NCBI GenBank assembly: GCA_048940645.1
Contig: JBHLOI010000001.1
Location: 32,001-96,000, forward strand
DNA from: Promethearchaeota archaeon
GTDB lineage: Archaea; Asgardarchaeota; Lokiarchaeia; Sigyniarchaeales; SOKP01
Direction of reading: 5' to 3'
Length of the DNA stretch: 64,000 nt
Positions 60,891-64,000 of this stretch are shown here, piece after piece (within the stretch, counting starts at the first letter, position 1; each line of letters begins with the position of its first letter). Both the position numbers and the translations under genes were made by a program. The notes under the pieces are model-generated. The model ran no database searches. It was not told the DNA's origin and saw nothing but the letters and a program-made list of their open reading frames with translations.

Positions 60891-61074
60891 CTTCTATTTC
60901 ATTAATGCTTATTTAGTTAAAATGTAATAAGTAGAATTACTTTTGTTATTTTCAGTGGTTCTTTAATTATTATGACTATTGAATTTAAAGATTATCAAAC
61001 ACTTGATTTTAGGAATAATATAAATATAAAAAATAAAAGTTTAAATATTATTTTTTATTAATTTTTAAAATTCA

Positions 61075-61920
61075 TTATGATTTCTTTTCTTTTTTAGGAA
61101 ACCAAGGGATAAATGAGCTAGTTCTTCTTTTATATTCAGCATATTCTTCATTACCTTCAAATCTTTTATCTAGAAGTTTTACACCAGATACATTTATTAT
61201 TTGAAATGTAATATAAGCTGGTCCTATAAAGGTTAAAAAGCCAAATGGAACTGCCAAAGCAATTATAAAAAGACCCCACCATTGAGTTACTTCTCCAAAA
61301 TAGTTTGGATGCATAGAATATTTCCATACGCTCTTCGTCATAATTTTTCCTTGATTTGCTGGATCCTTTAAGAATTTATAAAGAGAAAAGTCTGCTATAG
61401 TTTCAAAGAAAAATCCTATCAGCCATATAATGGCTCCTAACCATAAAGTTATTCCTCCAAAGTCTAATAGGCTGACTACAGGAGGATTTTCACTTATGTT
61501 TGTAAACCAAACTGGAATATCAACTAAAAAAACAATAATTCCTTGAAACATATATACTTTGAAGAAACTTTTCAAAGCTACATTTGTTTTCCATCTTTCT
61601 CGCATTGCTTTATAACGATAATCTTCAGGTTTTCCCCTATTCCTAATATATACATAGCTTGCTAATCTTATTGCCCAAACTAAAACTAGGCTAGTTGCTA
61701 TAATTTGCCGAATACAAAAAGATGATGTTAGTATTATATTAAGGATTAAACTCGTTATAGACACCACAAAATAAGCAGGACCATAAAAAATATCCATAAT
61801 TGCATTATTCTTCTTTACGGTTCCTACAATGAAAGCAATAAATATGTAAATAAAAAGAGCTATAGCTGAATAACCAATTATTAATAACATAGTCTCAATA
61901 TTTGTCATAATAAAGCACAA
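61075..61920 (-). CDS. DUF1295 family membrane protein (steroid 5-alpha-reductase-like)
   Basis: WAIRL, EDYRY, ETIAD, WKYSMHPNYFGE..QWWG, Y.EYKRRTSSFIPW. Confidence 0.88.
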   Translation of the reverse strand: MCFIMTNIETMLLIIGYSAIALFIYIFIAFIVGTVKKNNAIMDIFYGPAYFVVSITSLILNIILTSSFCIRQIIATSLVLVWAIRLASYVYIRNRGKPEDYRYKAMRERWKTNVALKSFFKVYMFQGIIVFLVDIPVWFTNISENPPVVSLLDFGGITLWLGAIIWLIGFFFETIADFSLYKFLKDPANQGKIMTKSVWKYSMHPNYFGEVTQWWGLFIIALAVPFGFLTFIGPAYITFQIINVSGVKLLDKRFEGNEEYAEYKRRTSSFIPWFPKKEKKS

Positions 61921-62008
61921 TTAAACTGTAAGATTATAATAACTAGTCAGAAAATACGAGAATATTTATAGTTTGTATTTATTAATTAAAGATTTTTATA
62001 AATAGGTT

Positions 62009-63829
62009 CTAAAGCTTTTCCTTTTTATCTTCTTCAATATTTACTTCATGCTCTACCTTAAATTTAACCTCTTCGTCAACATTTTTTTTCATGATAATAT
62101 CTCTTCGGGATTCAGCATATTTATTTGGCTTTAATTTAATTGCAGGAATTCCTATATAAATAAAGCCAGGTTCCAAAATTTGGTTATAAGTTGTGGTTGA
62201 GATGGCTCCTACCATTGTATCTTTTCCAACAATAGTACCTGGAGCAATAGTGGTATGTCCTCCAACAAGAGCATAATCATCAAGAAATATTTTTGAAATT
62301 ACGAGATATTTCCCTACAACCATTGAACTCATCAAGGTTGCACCCTGACCCACAACAACCTTTCTCCCTAAGTATAAAAATTCTCCATCACACCATGCAT
62401 CATATAAATAGCTCGAGAAATCCATTTTTATTCCAAACCATTTGAAAGCAATGACATCTGCCCATGGAATGGGGCTATTTCTCATGAGCCATAAAACAAT
62501 TTTTTTTAATTCAGTACGCAACATCCAAAATTCATAATCAGTATCTCCTATCTCAGCCAGAAACGTACCCTCTTTGGGTTTATGAATTAAATTAACCAAA
62601 AGTAGAAAAAGCTTGCTATATAAGAAACATCCAAGGATAAAAATAAAATATAATGCAAATAATATAACTGGTAAAAAAAAAGTAAACATAATCAGATTTT
62701 TAACGAAAAATGTGTAGGTATAAAATAACACTGCTACTTGTAACCCGCTTATCCAAAAAATGGGTAGATAAACTGCTAAAAATTTTATATTTATTCGACT
62801 TATAGCTGAGCTAGTTGTAAAATCAAGATTATAATCTACATTTTCATATTCAATTGCATTTTGTTCATTCACTTTTGGTTGGTTTGAATCTACTTCTTTT
62901 TTCTCTTGCTTTCTTTTAGTTTTTTTATTCTTATTTTTAGACTTCTTAACTTCGATATTTTCTAAAAGAATTTTATTTTTCTCTAAATCCTCAGGAGTTA
63001 AATCTAAATATCTCATAACTTTTTTATCAAAGATTTTCCTTAAAGGAATACCAAAATAATAATGATGATCTCCCTTTACAACATTGTGTTTAGTAGCGGA
63101 CGCTAAAGGTAAGAGATATGAATTACTATGAATCATTGTACCAGGTCCAATTTGATTATTTCCCGCAATAGTAATATTATCACCAGCTTGTATTTGAAAA
63201 TATGAAATATTCCCCCATACTCCGTCTATTAAATGTGTAGCTAATGTAGAATTAACTCCGATATAACAATTTTTTCCGACAATTGCGAACTTTTCGTTAC
63301 CAACAGATTCTTCAAAAGTGGTCCCTTTTCCAATAACCATTGAACCTACATAATTATATAACCAATTTGATAACCATGGAAATAATCCTTTAACAAATGT
63401 ATTTTTAGGATACTTCATAAGGAATGATCTTATATGATAATATTTCTCAGTTTTGCTTTTAATATTCCGGGGGATTATTCCATTTTTAGATGGTGATTTA
63501 CTTTCAGTATAAGCCCATATTATACGTGTGATTAAAGCAATGAAATATAATCGAATAAGATAACATACAATTAAAACGAGTGGCATTGTAAGTAAAGCCA
63601 TCAAGGGTTCGATTTCTGTAAAAATTGCTATAAAATTAGAAATTTCAAGGAAGTTAGGTAAAAAATATAAGAAAAAGTATAACATAAAAACTGTGATTGG
63701 TACTAAAAATGAACCTAGATAATTTGTTAATAATATCATAAATGATAATATCAGGGAATAACTCATTTCTTCCCTTTGAACTTCAGGTTTTAAAATTTTG
63801 GATGCTTTGCTTTTTTTTTTCGAATCCAT
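62009..63829 (-). CDS. Fused double 2TM + LbH protein, modules A+B (second fused copy)
   Basis: Full-length paralog of 47473..49350 with a Lys-rich linker. Confidence 0.8.
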   Translation of the reverse strand: MDSKKKSKASKILKPEVQREEMSYSLILSFMILLTNYLGSFLVPITVFMLYFFLYFLPNFLEISNFIAIFTEIEPLMALLTMPLVLIVCYLIRLYFIALITRIIWAYTESKSPSKNGIIPRNIKSKTEKYYHIRSFLMKYPKNTFVKGLFPWLSNWLYNYVGSMVIGKGTTFEESVGNEKFAIVGKNCYIGVNSTLATHLIDGVWGNISYFQIQAGDNITIAGNNQIGPGTMIHSNSYLLPLASATKHNVVKGDHHYYFGIPLRKIFDKKVMRYLDLTPEDLEKNKILLENIEVKKSKNKNKKTKRKQEKKEVDSNQPKVNEQNAIEYENVDYNLDFTTSSAISRINIKFLAVYLPIFWISGLQVAVLFYTYTFFVKNLIMFTFFLPVILFALYFIFILGCFLYSKLFLLLVNLIHKPKEGTFLAEIGDTDYEFWMLRTELKKIVLWLMRNSPIPWADVIAFKWFGIKMDFSSYLYDAWCDGEFLYLGRKVVVGQGATLMSSMVVGKYLVISKIFLDDYALVGGHTTIAPGTIVGKDTMVGAISTTTYNQILEPGFIYIGIPAIKLKPNKYAESRRDIIMKKNVDEEVKFKVEHEVNIEEDKKEKL

Positions 63830-64000
63830 TTGGAATAAAATCCTTTTGTAACTTTATTACTTAATTAAGATGCTATACAATTTGTATTTTTAGAATGTTT
63901 TTATCATTTTTTAAATTACTATGAATCGTATAATAATTATTATAAATTAAAAATCTTTTTTACAATTTTTCTTTAAATATTTTGTATCTATATCGAAATA

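Overview
Strongly AT-rich, gene-dense archaeal chromosomal window, most likely from an Asgard archaeon of the Lokiarchaeia/Promethearchaeota type. This is inferred from a ubiquitin-like protein ending in GG, a longin-like protein, a small-GTPase fusion, an SDS22-type LRR protein and BRE/TATA-like promoters. Much of the window is anaerobic metabolism: aconitase, three 2-hydroxyacyl-CoA dehydratase subunits, CCG/Fe-S oxidoreductases, a GDH-family protein and an MvhG-like hydrogenase small subunit. No tRNA, rRNA, CRISPR array or transposase was recognised. Main highlights: (1) six genes at 46.5-63.8 kb encode three distinct '2TM + left-handed beta-helix' module types (A, B, C), in fused and split forms. 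Together these modules resemble the C1-C2-C3 membrane polymerase part of epsilon-poly-lysine synthetase (Pls/PosA), and a stand-alone ANL-type adenylating enzyme lies between the clusters. (2) An unannotated peroxiredoxin-like gene has an in-frame TGA at the catalytic position (probable selenoprotein). (3) A cysteine-desulfurase-like protein looks like a single-chain pseudo-dimer. (4) A near-identical 37-bp palindromic element occurs in inverted copies 11 kb apart, with a third degenerate copy flanking a tandem-wHTH gene. (5) A ubiquitin-like gene, a RING-like membrane protein and a GTPase fusion cluster together. (6) There are two missed zinc-ribbon microproteins and two probable ATT start codons. 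All family assignments are from motif recognition by eye; no database searches were run.
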